NCBI GenBank assembly: GCA_964230645.1
Contig: CAXRHT010000002.1
Span: 992,001-1,056,000 of the forward strand
Origin: Bdellovibrionales bacterium
GTDB lineage: Bacteria; Bdellovibrionota; Bdellovibrionia; Bdellovibrionales; JAGQZY01
Length of the DNA stretch: 64,000 bases
Direction: 5' to 3'
The position numbers and the translations under genes were made by a program. Each line of letters opens with the position of its first letter. The first letter of the stretch is position 1. A model generated the notes under the pieces. The model was given only the letters and a program-made list of their open reading frames with translations, was not told the DNA's origin and did not search any database. Shown here one piece after another: positions 40,501 to 50,982 of this stretch.

Positions 40501-41968
40501 GGTCAGCGGACTCATCAAGAATGATGTTAATTCCTAGACCCGCTTTTTCAAAAGCTTGCTGCCATAGGTTTATTGCCTCACGTCCAACATTTCTCACCCA
40601 CTCATCTTTGGGGGTGGCGGTACTGAAATGATAAACAATGTCTTTATTAGGATTGAAACGAGATATATAGGTTCTCTGTTCGATGTCCTCTAAACGTGCG
40701 GTTCGTTCGTCGAAAATTTGGTGCTTTGTGGATGTAAAATAACCAAATTTTTTCATATCTTCGATAAGGGCAAATCGTGGCTCAAACTGCGCGCTATCAT
40801 CGGTTCTCATGAAGGCATATCGAACGACCTCTCCGTTGAGAGCTCCGCCTTTTTCAATTACAAATTCAAAATAGTCGTCTTGGATTTTTAGACTTTTTAG
40901 CTCTTTATTTGAAGAGAACTGTAAAAAAGAGGTCAAGAAATCTCCAGCCACGTCTTCAAGAGACTGAATATCGAGGATATCCATCTTAAAGAATTGGCCT
41001 CGTTCAACCTCTGGAATCACTTCTACTTCTGCTAATCCAAATGTATCTCCCCTGTCCTCTCTACGGTAATCAACGAGTTCACCAGGAATTGTCACCGGAA
41101 TAATAGCGTTGAGGCGATCGCCTGAGTCGAGCATTTGTTGCTTTAATTTTTCATCAATATTTGTAGAGACACCAAAAATGTTATTTTGACGAACCACAAA
41201 CTCAATCCGACCCGCATCGATAAAATTACCGCCGTGATCCACAGCACCGGAACTACCAAACCCGATAGTGCTTCCTGAACCATAACGCTTACGAACGACA
41301 GTCCTTTGGAAATACCATTCACCCTGGAAGAAATCTGAAGGCACAACATCGATTTTCTCGGCTTCATCAAACTCTTCGAATTGTCTGGTATCGATTTCAA
41401 AGTAACTGGCCGATTTGTAACGTCGACGGTCGACTCTAATTTTTAATTCGATATTGGTGTCACGGTTATCCGCATTTCTTTGTTTTTCAACATTAAAAAA
41501 GTTGGCAATTGGAAAGCCACCTACTGGAACAACCCATTTGTCACCTTGCTTGGTGGAATAGGGTCTTTCTAAATGAGAGATTTGCTCATCACTGATCATC
41601 TTGTAGGCCACTAAGAAGTTGGGCTCAACACGAAAGAGAATTTTATAGGTCGTGTTCGGTTGACCACGAAACTCAAGCTCTCTTTGATTCTCCCCTAGAA
41701 ACGGGCAATCAGTTTCAAATTGATAAACGTTGAGATATTTAATTTCGGGATGATTCACCTCGAACTCTTCGGCTTGAGAGACCTTAGCAATGGTCGAAAG
41801 CTTCTGATCAGAAGTTGTGAGCTCACAGGTGAGTCCATCGTAACGACTTTGAACAAAGAGGTCGTCGATATTCGCGCCCTGTTGTTCGATGTCATCTCTC
41901 TGTTGAACACAGGAAGACGTCATCAATAGCATCAGTCCCAGAGTGAGTAGTCGTGTAAAAAGATTCAT
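37586..41968 (-). CDS. Large metzincin zinc-dependent metalloprotease lipoprotein (DUF4953/EcxA-like core)
   Basis: Lipobox TSSC; WQQAFEKAG, GDLRYN, GFGPS..TGE, HEIGHNLGLRHNF, SSCMDY, YDIAALKFGY; start at ATG 41968 after GGGAG. Confidence 0.9.
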   Translation of the reverse strand: MNLFTRLLTLGLMLLMTSSCVQQRDDIEQQGANIDDLFVQSRYDGLTCELTTSDQKLSTIAKVSQAEEFEVNHPEIKYLNVYQFETDCPFLGENQRELEFRGQPNTTYKILFRVEPNFLVAYKMISDEQISHLERPYSTKQGDKWVVPVGGFPIANFFNVEKQRNADNRDTNIELKIRVDRRRYKSASYFEIDTRQFEEFDEAEKIDVVPSDFFQGEWYFQRTVVRKRYGSGSTIGFGSSGAVDHGGNFIDAGRIEFVVRQNNIFGVSTNIDEKLKQQMLDSGDRLNAIIPVTIPGELVDYRREDRGDTFGLAEVEVIPEVERGQFFKMDILDIQSLEDVAGDFLTSFLQFSSNKELKSLKIQDDYFEFVIEKGGALNGEVVRYAFMRTDDSAQFEPRFALIEDMKKFGYFTSTKHQIFDERTARLEDIEQRTYISRFNPNKDIVYHFSTATPKDEWVRNVGREAINLWQQAFEKAGLGINIILDESADQEIGDLRYNLLNIITDDTGDNGGFGPSFNEASTGEVVSAVSNIYTAGDRNLFFSALRAYVAEEMGYQPDFFNPGGASTVSPLIQRVNMAVGSSLIRVNDQGSFETLPVFQWKNKANQTGFVKAPLVGDEEISGQSIINPLGQKEELSSFHDLYARINPLLASDNVWGPDVESVYHNNTRASYVYANNMMEQSGVMVGLSASSAFAENTNSQERIYDKAMVDFAQEKCPTVMNFIDKYKNSNSLPSTSEENEALWPCVRELMALQALGNLVHEIGHNLGLRHNFMGSVDQENFTEASSYRTQYMTLDNPFTGKVGTSSCMDYVPWPAYTQVYPGNYDIAALKFGYKGHVETEGNAAPLEVPNGVTIDQAAQANNTDLKDYKFCTDLNARLIKSDPYCAVHDFGTNAVEMVKFVADKDLRDVGRYIYRFDKATYQDQVVTLRSYSRMKEFYDEWRAIVASQVGVKKRYLEGVSVEEYQGIVESLINGADSERNRDLLKARNIFINVALDLAFLPNKYCMVKDESGEKFLFELASIKKELLVSNKRGEVRSCEDPLVVGMIEESGYTLDEELGYFLEGGRFSLDPRGLLEPLDYAGTSILKLSSILFMTSRGLTPSLFNQIETNFTPNVLDEPDARMVITSLLLSRFLDGVFLTNTKIDLDEYAQARTLGEEDVRARLGDTKAFKNFKDESDILISMYGEFLQGLFVPGDSTASARRFSPFMVRTTNDFSIIENAGAVYHEYQAGQYLYASQRNQIAVVLINKLKELQQMPAIAQQTSGPFPEQVYMQAKGAMVENLGPLVQGSENMDFGDFFARVVQLNGMVNQLQQNPQTQPIARLLSTVFGTELGLFFDNILPRQLTPFLEQMGTEFNQETVQLMLSLAEKEEGYQPANELEGALLNILKQPMSEILPEDSDIELITSTEQLEVRIDESVAELEEQYIANKEVGEMYMANQEELDAQVDLIFRLLLTAAQL

Positions 41969-41978
41969 TTCTTCTCCC

Positions 41979-42848
41979 TTAAAAAAAGTATGATCCACCA
42001 AGCATTAATCTTGATTTGTCATCATCTAAAAAAGCGTCATTAGTAATAGCCTCATCTCTCCAGCGATACTGTGCAAAAAGCTGAAAATCTTTACTCAGAA
42101 GATAAGTCGCTGTTGAACTGAGGGTTTCTACAAAAATCCAGTGGTTGGAGTAATCCATTCGGCTGTAAACACTAAAACTATTGGACCAAATTAAATTATC
42201 AGTGATTGAAGCAATAGCTCCGGCTCCCAAAGCCACCCCAAACGGTGAATTAAAGCGCGTTCCGAAGGCATCCGCTGTCTCGTATTGGTGTGCACTTAAA
42301 ATCGCGGTACCATTAAAGGATAAACTTAGAAAACTTAGGCTGCCACTAAGAGGTCGTCTCAGCGCAAGCGATCCAGAAAGGCTTCCATAAAGAGTTTCTC
42401 TTTGCGATCTTTCAGAAGCTGGTAATTGTATAGTAAGGCTTCCCGCTAATCGAGTGGCATTGGCAATGGTTCCTAAATTAGGGCTCAACCAAGAAAAGTA
42501 GACATCAGAAAATCCGTAGCGCTTGGGATCTGGGTCCAAACGGTCCATAGGTACAAGGTAGTCCACTGAGGCCGTAAGAGATTGCTGGTTACCAAGGCGA
42601 TAAGCGAAATCTCCACCGAGATTCATATAGGCTTCATCATAATAGTCTGCCGACCTGAAGCTCGAGAAGCTCGCCGAATAACTATAAGGAGACGACTGAT
42701 TCAAAGTCATCGCCTCACGCACGGTTAATCCCTGGGATACCGAGTCTTTAATATTTTCTTTTTTCTGTTCGGAATCATCATCAGCAAGAACAGGTTCAGC
42801 TAGCACAAGTACTAAAAGAAATATAATGAGATACGAATATCTCTCCAA
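41979..42848 (-). CDS. Putative outer-membrane beta-barrel protein
   Basis: Signal VLA-D; alternating amphipathic strands; C-terminus LMLGGSYFF; start codon uncertain (TTG 42848 chosen). Confidence 0.7.
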   Translation of the reverse strand: MERYSYLIIFLLVLVLAEPVLADDDSEQKKENIKDSVSQGLTVREAMTLNQSSPYSYSASFSSFRSADYYDEAYMNLGGDFAYRLGNQQSLTASVDYLVPMDRLDPDPKRYGFSDVYFSWLSPNLGTIANATRLAGSLTIQLPASERSQRETLYGSLSGSLALRRPLSGSLSFLSLSFNGTAILSAHQYETADAFGTRFNSPFGVALGAGAIASITDNLIWSNSFSVYSRMDYSNHWIFVETLSSTATYLLSKDFQLFAQYRWRDEAITNDAFLDDDKSRLMLGGSYFF

Positions 42849-43255
42849 TATTTTTTGGACTTTAAAAGTCCCCAAATTCCCCGCTGACAACAATTCCCCC
42901 CGTACAAGTTGTCCATTAAACACGAGTCGGAGCCTATCAGTTTCCAAACAGAATCCTTACGGAAAAGTATTGGCTTGAAAAATTTTTATACAATTCAGAG
43001 CTGTATATTTTTCAAAGTTTAAATTTTCTTCATTCGTCACGTGTGTTTAGCGACTACTGGTATGTGAAATTTTTATGATGACCTCGATCGAGAGTGAAAT
43101 CGAGTCGCTTCAGAACCTAAAGTCGCTATCAGTAAACAGCGCCCTTTCGACGCCCCGAGTTGAAGTCTTTTGCATACTCTATTGAGGGAGCCTTTGATAG
43201 GATAGCTCTACTATGTGTCACTCGACCACCTTCATTCGAAGAGCCACCTTATAAG

Positions 43256-44305
43256 ATGACTTTACTTTTTACCTATCTTTTCCTAGCCGTTTTTATTTCT
43301 TTCATGTGTTCTCTGTTTGAGGCTGTGATTTTAAGTGTCTCTCCTAGCTTTATCGGCACAGAAGCTAAAGAGGGAAAAAAGTACGCTCGTGTTCTCGGCG
43401 GACTTAAAGAGAACATCGATCGCCCTTTAGCGGCCATTCTCACTCTCAACACAATAGCCCACACCGTGGGAGCCGCAGGAGTCGGCTCTGAGGTCAATAA
43501 GATCTACGGCGATCAATACGTTGCCATAGCCTCAGCTCTCCTTACATTGATCGTCCTTGTTTTCTCAGAGATCATTCCGAAAACATTGGGAGCTTCTAAC
43601 TGGAAACGCTTTGCTCCCTTAACGGCCTATTCTATTCGCTTAATGATACTTGTGCTTTATCCCTTAGTGTTCTTGATGGAGAAAATTTCGGACTTGGTGG
43701 GTGGTGAAGATCAAACCATGTTCACCAGGGAGGAAATGATTGCCACAGCTGAAATTGGGGTGGGGCATGGAGCTCTTAAGAAAAAAGAATCGAATATCAT
43801 TCGAAATCTTCTTATGCTCGATAACATCTTCGTATACGACATTATGACTCCTCGATCTGTGCTTATGGCTTTACCCTCTGAAATGACAGTGGAAGAAGTG
43901 ATTGAGCAGCACAAACCCATTCGCTATTCACGCATCCCGGTCTACGGTGAGAATATGGATGAAATCGAGGGGGTGGTCCACCGCTATCAGATTCTTGAGG
44001 CCTCCAGTAATGATTTGGACAAAAGAAAACTGAACGAAATGATGACGGGACTCCATAGTGTGCCCGAAGACATTTCTGTTTCCGCCTGCCTTGATCAGTT
44101 GATCCACCGAAATGACCACATCTTTCTAGTTGTCGATGATTATGGTTCGACCATGGGCATTGTAACTCTTGAAGATGCTATTGAAACTCTTCTGGGAGTG
44201 GAAATTGTGGATGAATTCGATTCTGTCGCTGACCTTAGAGCCTACGCCCTTGAGCAGTGGAAAAAGCGTAAACAAGAACGAGCTGTTGGCAAGTTCGGGA
44301 ATTAA
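43256..44305 (+). CDS. CNNM/DUF21-CBS (HlyC/CorC family) metal transport protein
   Basis: SFMCSLFEAVILS, AILTLNTIAHTVGA, SEIIPK, IMTPR, YSRIPV, VVDDYG...GIVTLED. Confidence 0.93.
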   Translation: MTLLFTYLFLAVFISFMCSLFEAVILSVSPSFIGTEAKEGKKYARVLGGLKENIDRPLAAILTLNTIAHTVGAAGVGSEVNKIYGDQYVAIASALLTLIVLVFSEIIPKTLGASNWKRFAPLTAYSIRLMILVLYPLVFLMEKISDLVGGEDQTMFTREEMIATAEIGVGHGALKKKESNIIRNLLMLDNIFVYDIMTPRSVLMALPSEMTVEEVIEQHKPIRYSRIPVYGENMDEIEGVVHRYQILEASSNDLDKRKLNEMMTGLHSVPEDISVSACLDQLIHRNDHIFLVVDDYGSTMGIVTLEDAIETLLGVEIVDEFDSVADLRAYALEQWKKRKQERAVGKFGN

Positions 44306-44311
44306 ACGCAC

Positions 44312-44632
44312 ATGAGTTCTGAACTAAGATTATTTTACGTTCCGGTTTCCTCCCAAGACAAAGCCAAAGAGATGGCCTCACTTCTTCTCAAAGAAAACCT
44401 GATTGCCTGCGCTAATATTTTTCAACCCCACCTTGCAATTTATCGGTGGGAAGGACGAGTGGAAACAGAAGCGGAAGTCGTTATGATTTTAAAAACGGGA
44501 GACGCTAAGGCTGGAAAATTAAAAGAGCGCCTACATGAGGTTCATCCCTACGATTGTCCTTGCCTGATCGAAATCAAACCAGAGTCAGTGAACAAAGACT
44601 TTATGAACTGGGTAAATGAGCAGATCCAGTAG
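44312..44632 (+). CDS. cutA: Divalent-cation tolerance protein CutA
   Basis: LIACAN, YRWEG.VE...E, KT, HPYDCP. Confidence 0.93.
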   Translation: MSSELRLFYVPVSSQDKAKEMASLLLKENLIACANIFQPHLAIYRWEGRVETEAEVVMILKTGDAKAGKLKERLHEVHPYDCPCLIEIKPESVNKDFMNWVNEQIQ

Positions 44633-44854
44633 GCTTGTGTTTAGTTTTTTTCACAACTTAAATCGCCTGTCTCTCTATTCGAGCAAAATTAAAAACTAAA
44701 AATCAATAAAGGAATAAATCGGCCTTACGCACAGGGCGAGCAATTGTACCCTCATCTATTCTTTGGAATACTTGCACCCTATTGGCTTGTCACTTTTGGG
44801 TCAGAAGAAATCGGCATTTGATTCTTTAAAATGTGAGACCTGAAAGAGACTTAA

Positions 44855-45997
<1,143 letters not shown>

Positions 45998-46004
45998 GAC
46001 TTCT

Positions 46005-46032
46005 CCCCTCTCAGAGTTTTCATTGAGAGGGG
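46005..46032. other. Intergenic hairpin between frmA and fghA (no U-tract)
   Basis: CCCCTCTCA / TGAGAGGGG. Confidence 0.55.
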
Positions 46033-46068
46033 TGTACCCTCTATTAATTCTAACTAGGAGAATGTCCT

Positions 46069-46890
46069 TTGAAACCTACAAAAACTCATAAATGCTTTGC
46101 CGGTGAAACTCAATTTTATGAACATGACTCTGACTTAACCAAAACAAAGATGAAGTTTGCCGTTTATAAACCTGAAAAGGAGATCCGTGGTGGCCTGATC
46201 TGGCTTTCCGGACTCACTTGCAATGAGCAAAACTTTATCACCAAGGCTGGGGCTCAGAAGATTTTAAGTGATTTAGGAATTTGTCTCATCTGCCCGGACA
46301 CCTCTCCTCGAGGTTTAGATTTAGCAAAAGAACATGAGGATTATGACTTTGGCTCCGGAGCGGGTTTTTATATCAACGCAGAAACTTCGGGGTACTCTGA
46401 TCACTACCAAATGGAAGATTATATTAATGAAGAAATTTATACCCTCTTTAATGAACACATCAATACCAGTAAAAAGACCTCCCTTTTTGGTCATTCGATG
46501 GGCGGTCATGGAGCTCTTACACTCGGATTGAAAAAACCAGACCAATATTTGTCTCTTTCGGCCTTCTCTCCGATCACTCATCCCACCCAGTGCCAATGGG
46601 GAGAAAAAGCCTTCACTGGTTATCTTGGTGACAATAAGGACGAGTGGAAAAAACATGACGCCACAGAACTGATCAAAGATGGAAAAAAACACCCCAATCC
46701 GATTCTTATCGATCAGGGCCTGAATGACGAGTTTTATCCCGATCAGTTACTCACCGAAGATTTTGAAAAAGCTTGTCAGGAAATGGGACAAAGCTTACAA
46801 AGCAGCAAGCACAAAGGCTTTGATCACTCTTATTATTTTATATCGACATTCGTTGAAAAACATATTCAGTTTCACAGTGAATTCTTTTGA
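46069..46890 (+). CDS. fghA: S-formylglutathione hydrolase
   Basis: WLSGLTC, PDTSPRG, GAGFY, GHSMGG, WGEKAF, DHSYYF. Confidence 0.96.
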   Translation: MKPTKTHKCFAGETQFYEHDSDLTKTKMKFAVYKPEKEIRGGLIWLSGLTCNEQNFITKAGAQKILSDLGICLICPDTSPRGLDLAKEHEDYDFGSGAGFYINAETSGYSDHYQMEDYINEEIYTLFNEHINTSKKTSLFGHSMGGHGALTLGLKKPDQYLSLSAFSPITHPTQCQWGEKAFTGYLGDNKDEWKKHDATELIKDGKKHPNPILIDQGLNDEFYPDQLLTEDFEKACQEMGQSLQSSKHKGFDHSYYFISTFVEKHIQFHSEFF

Positions 46891-46904
46891 AAGGAAAGAA
46901 ATCA

Positions 46905-47426
46905 ATGAAAAAAGATTTAGCTAAAAAAGTTTTTGATGTCGCTCACCTGACCGGTGAATTTCTACTCCGATCCGGTCAAACCTCGAATGAATATTTTGAT
47001 AAATACCAATTTGAAGCCAGACCTGAAATCCTTGATACCATTGCCTCGGAGTTGGTCCACTGCCTTCCCGATGACTATGATCTTTTGGGTGCTATGGAAA
47101 TGGGAGGAATTCCCATTGCAACAGCTCTTTCTCTAAAAACGGGAAAACCCATGGTCTTCATTCGTAAAGAAGCCAAAGAGTATGGGACTTGCAAGTTTGC
47201 CGAAGGACCCGATATTAAAAATAAGAAAATTTGCCTTGTGGAAGATGTCATTACCACAGGGGGACAAGTGGTAATCTCAACTGAAATGCTTCGTAAAGAA
47301 GGCGCGCAAATTACCGATGTGGTTGCTGTGATCGACCGCAGCCAAGGCGATCATTCAAAGCTTAAAAAGGCGGACTTAAGGCTCAAAGCGCTTTTCACGA
47401 TGGCGGAACTTAAAGAGCAAGCCTAA
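46905..47426 (+). CDS. pyrE: Orotate phosphoribosyltransferase
   Basis: GEFLLRSG, YFDKY, IRKEAKEYGT, VEDVITTGG, VIDR. Confidence 0.92.
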   Translation: MKKDLAKKVFDVAHLTGEFLLRSGQTSNEYFDKYQFEARPEILDTIASELVHCLPDDYDLLGAMEMGGIPIATALSLKTGKPMVFIRKEAKEYGTCKFAEGPDIKNKKICLVEDVITTGGQVVISTEMLRKEGAQITDVVAVIDRSQGDHSKLKKADLRLKALFTMAELKEQA

Positions 47427-47515
47427 GAACTTTAAAGAGCTACATATAATTTACAAGCGCCCTTTCTCCCTCCCCTTTTTACTTCTATATTCGTGGATAA
47501 AAGGGGACAAACATT

Positions 47516-48658
47516 ATGAAGACACTGATCGTTATATTGGGACTCGTAACGACCATCAACTCTTGGGCCGCTGAAAGCTTACAAAATGAAATCGCATCGA
47601 TTGTAGAAAAGCATAAAACACGTGGTGGATTTCAAGGAAATATCGAAGTTCGCTTAGATGGCGAGAGCATTTATCAAGAAAGTCATGGTTACGCCAACTT
47701 GGCCTTCCAAGTGCCTCACGATTCTCGTTCCCGTTTTATGATTGCCTCTGTGAGCAAATCCTTTACCGCCGCTTTGATTTTAAAACTCCACGAACTGGAT
47801 ATTATCGATATCAACGCCCCCTATAGTGATTATGTGGATTTGCCAAGAAGAACCAATGAGGAAAACAGCGCTCACTGGAATAACTTTAAAATTACTGACC
47901 TTCTCAGTCATCAGGCCAATCTCATCCGTGATGTAAAACAATCAGAATTTTATACCAACGAAATGTATCAGCCCATGATTTCCATTATTGTGGGAGAAAT
48001 GATGGAAAATCATGATGTCTTCTTTGAAAACCCAGAACGATTGAGTCACTACTCAAACTTAGGCTACGTGCTATTAGCCTACCTTGCTCAAGAAGTGACT
48101 GGCAAAAATTATCATGAAGCTCTTGATGAGTACGTGTTGGAACCACTCGATCTAAAGTCAACTGGCCAATATCACCGTATGTTCGCAATTGGTTGGATGG
48201 CTGATGGATATGTCATTCCAGAAAGTGGTCGAGACTCAATGAGAAAGAGATGCTGTTTTGACACCACCTCTTTTGTTGGTTCCCATAGTCTTTATTCGGA
48301 CAGCTCTGACCTATTTGTTTGGTTACAGACTCTTATGGGTGAGAATGACTTTTTGACCTCTCAGAGTTTAGAGAGACTTCAACAGGCTGTCGCACCTGTA
48401 GCCTACAGTGAGAACCTTTCCTATGGCTTTGGTGTTTTTGTAGACGAAGTCTTGGGATACAAAAGAGTTTGGCACGATGGTTTTGAGAGCGGTTATCTAA
48501 GCTTGATTAGCGCCGTTGAGGCCATTGACTTAAAAATCGTAATCCTTGGAAACCGTCACAACCAAAATGTCTATTTCGGCCAGTTCTACACCCAGGAGAT
48601 GAACGACGAAATCTCCGAGGCTGTGATCCGCTGGAATAACCAGCGCTTGCAAGAATAA
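47516..48658 (+). CDS. Secreted serine hydrolase, beta-lactamase/AmpC fold
   Basis: ASVSKSFTA, LLSH, YSNLGY, WHDG; signal SWA-A. Confidence 0.9.
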   Translation: MKTLIVILGLVTTINSWAAESLQNEIASIVEKHKTRGGFQGNIEVRLDGESIYQESHGYANLAFQVPHDSRSRFMIASVSKSFTAALILKLHELDIIDINAPYSDYVDLPRRTNEENSAHWNNFKITDLLSHQANLIRDVKQSEFYTNEMYQPMISIIVGEMMENHDVFFENPERLSHYSNLGYVLLAYLAQEVTGKNYHEALDEYVLEPLDLKSTGQYHRMFAIGWMADGYVIPESGRDSMRKRCCFDTTSFVGSHSLYSDSSDLFVWLQTLMGENDFLTSQSLERLQQAVAPVAYSENLSYGFGVFVDEVLGYKRVWHDGFESGYLSLISAVEAIDLKIVILGNRHNQNVYFGQFYTQEMNDEISEAVIRWNNQRLQE

Positions 48659-49996
48659 TTACTTGAGTCCGTAGGCCACAATGGTGTCCGCAAGCTTATT
48701 GAAGGAATATATGTTAGCTCCCTTTTTATAAGGAATCTTGCGGCCATCCACCTTAATATTTTCCAAACAATTTCGGTGAATTCTTTTCATAATATCTTGT
48801 AGCTTTTGATCCACTTCTTCAAGGTCCCAATTAAGGTGAGTCGAGTTTTGTGATCGCTCCAGTCCTGAAACAGCCACTCCTCCAGCATTTGAAGCCTTAC
48901 CGGGAGCATAAATAACATCGGAGTCAGCAATATTATTGAGCGCCTTATCGGTCAGAGGCATATTAGCGCCTTCAAGAAGGATCATGGGGTCGTATTTAAG
49001 GATCTCTTTTGAATCTTCAAAGTTCACTTCATTCTGGGTAGCGCAAGGGATGAGAATGTCAGCCTCAACACCCCAAGGTTTCTTACCAGCAAAGTACTCT
49101 TGGTTATTATTCTCACACCATTCTTCAAGGGTCTGTTTGCCTTCAAGCTTTGCTTTCTTAATGCTTTCAAGTTGCTCTTCATTGATACCCTCTTTACAGT
49201 AAAGCGTACCTTTCGAATCAGAAACCGTAAGAACTTTCATTTTCATTTCAATGGCTTTTTGGGCAGCGTAAAGAGCTACATTACCAGCCCCTGATATAGT
49301 GACTTTTTTCCCTTCACCTTTTTCTTCAATCTGCTCCAAGATCTCATTGAGAAAATAAATCACGCCATAACCAGTGGCTTCTTTCCTACCACAGCTACCA
49401 CCAAAGGTTGGACTCTTACCAGTAATGGCTCCTACAAAGGTGTTTGTGATCTTTAAATACTGTCCGAATAGGAAACCCACTTCTTTTTCACCCACACCAA
49501 TATCGCCGGCTGGCACATCCTCATGAGGACCAATATGGCGAAAAAGTTCGTTCATAAAGGCGTGACAAAAGTTTCGAATTTCTTTGTCTGATTTGCCCTT
49601 GGGGTTGAAGTCAGCACCGCCTTTAGCACCCCCCATCTGCATATCGGTCAGCGAATTTTTAAAGCACTGTTCAAAACCTAAGAACTTTAAAACCGATTCA
49701 TTGACTGAGGGGTGGAATCGGAGTCCACCTTTATAAGGGCCTAAGCTATTGTTGTACTGCACTCGCCAGCCGCGATTCACCTGAACATTTCCCTGATCAT
49801 CCAACCACGAAACTCTGAAACGAAGAGTGCGATCAGGCTCGGTGAGAACCTTTAAAACTTCAGCCTCTTTATACTTAGAATTGCTCTCGTAGGTTTCTTG
49901 AATATCATCAAAAACCTCTTTGACTGCCTGCTGAAATTCTGTGTCGTAGGGGTGATAGTGACTTAAGTTCTCTATTACTTCATTGAATGAGCTCAT
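48659..49996 (-). CDS. gdhA: NADP-specific glutamate dehydrogenase
   Basis: GPYKGGLRFHPSV, GGAKGG, DVPAGDIGVG, EATGYG, GAGNV, EGANMP, NAGGVAVS. Confidence 0.97.
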   Translation of the reverse strand: MSSFNEVIENLSHYHPYDTEFQQAVKEVFDDIQETYESNSKYKEAEVLKVLTEPDRTLRFRVSWLDDQGNVQVNRGWRVQYNNSLGPYKGGLRFHPSVNESVLKFLGFEQCFKNSLTDMQMGGAKGGADFNPKGKSDKEIRNFCHAFMNELFRHIGPHEDVPAGDIGVGEKEVGFLFGQYLKITNTFVGAITGKSPTFGGSCGRKEATGYGVIYFLNEILEQIEEKGEGKKVTISGAGNVALYAAQKAIEMKMKVLTVSDSKGTLYCKEGINEEQLESIKKAKLEGKQTLEEWCENNNQEYFAGKKPWGVEADILIPCATQNEVNFEDSKEILKYDPMILLEGANMPLTDKALNNIADSDVIYAPGKASNAGGVAVSGLERSQNSTHLNWDLEEVDQKLQDIMKRIHRNCLENIKVDGRKIPYKKGANIYSFNKLADTIVAYGLK

Positions 49997-50148
49997 ATTC
50001 CCTCTATGTTCGAGTTTCTGGAACAGGCTAACAGAAGGACCTAGGGGCGGTCATGGCTCGATTGAATTATGAAAAAAATTAAACAAAGTGTGAACAAAAA
50101 TAGATTTGGGATAGAGGCCGCTCTCGCCGAGCCAGAGCGGCTTTTGAA

Positions 50149-50982
50149 TTATTTCTCGGCCACAATATAGGCGATCCAACTTTCACAGTCCTCGCCTTTG
50201 GTGACCCGTTTAAATTCGCCGTCACCTTCGCCGTCCTCATCTGTTCCTTCCCAATAGACGTGAACATTTTTAAATCCCACCTCTTCAAGAATTTCTTTAA
50301 CCTCGGGGATGGAATAGAGTCTCCAGTCATAGGTGAAGGCTCGCTTCATTTTTTTCTCACCTTTTGGTTTGAAATGAATGTAAAACATAGCCTCGTTAGT
50401 CACAGGGTCAAAAGAGTCCTGGTCCCAAAAATAACTGAAACCATCATGCTCGGTTTCCTCTTCGTTGGGCTCGTAGCACTCGGAACCACCGAAGATATCT
50501 AAAATAAAAATCCCGTCATCGTTCAGTCCACCGAGAACGTTTTTAAAGTAATCAGCCAAAGTTTTTCTTTGTTTGAAAATAAAGTAGCTAAAGTTGCAAG
50601 CAGCAATGATATCGGCATTAGGAAGCTCGGGATCAAGGACGTTACCCTCTTGAATATCAACCCTTTCGATTTGCTGATCTTTAAGTTTTGGAAGATAGTG
50701 CTCCTTGCCGTAGGCAATGGGCTCTGGATCAAGATCAACCCCAAAAGCTTTAAACGAGTCATTCAGTTTTACCCACTCACAACTCAATTTAAAAGTTCCA
50801 CAAAAATCCTCACGAAAAGTTTCTGGCTTTTTATCTTTCAGCTCTTTGTAGGTGTCTCGAAAGAATTTTACGTCAACGTCAGCCGATTGGACCGATTTAT
50901 TGTAGTAGTAATACTTGTCGTGATTGCCACCCTTTTTATTTTTTTTATTTTTACCGGACCCTTTACCCTCATGGGATTTCAT
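50149..50982 (-). CDS. Class I SAM-dependent methyltransferase
   Basis: Y..SVQS, REDFCGT, GVDLD, NFSY, GIFILD; start at ATG 50982. Confidence 0.8.
   Translation of the reverse strand: MKSHEGKGSGKNKKNKKGGNHDKYYYYNKSVQSADVDVKFFRDTYKELKDKKPETFREDFCGTFKLSCEWVKLNDSFKAFGVDLDPEPIAYGKEHYLPKLKDQQIERVDIQEGNVLDPELPNADIIAACNFSYFIFKQRKTLADYFKNVLGGLNDDGIFILDIFGGSECYEPNEEETEHDGFSYFWDQDSFDPVTNEAMFYIHFKPKGEKKMKRAFTYDWRLYSIPEVKEILEEVGFKNVHVYWEGTDEDGEGDGEFKRVTKGEDCESWIAYIVAEK

Noticed and set aside
43160..43255. N-terminal extensions given by the ORF track (also 3194, 16974, 22624, 42001, 42947, 51015, 63688)
   Set aside because: Family-like sequence, signal peptides or SD sites begin at downstream starts
44726..44790. 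c-di-GMP-I riboswitch (ACGCACAGGGC resembles the Vc2 5' end)
   Set aside because: Lacks GCAAA, GNRA-capped P2 and GACGCAAA core
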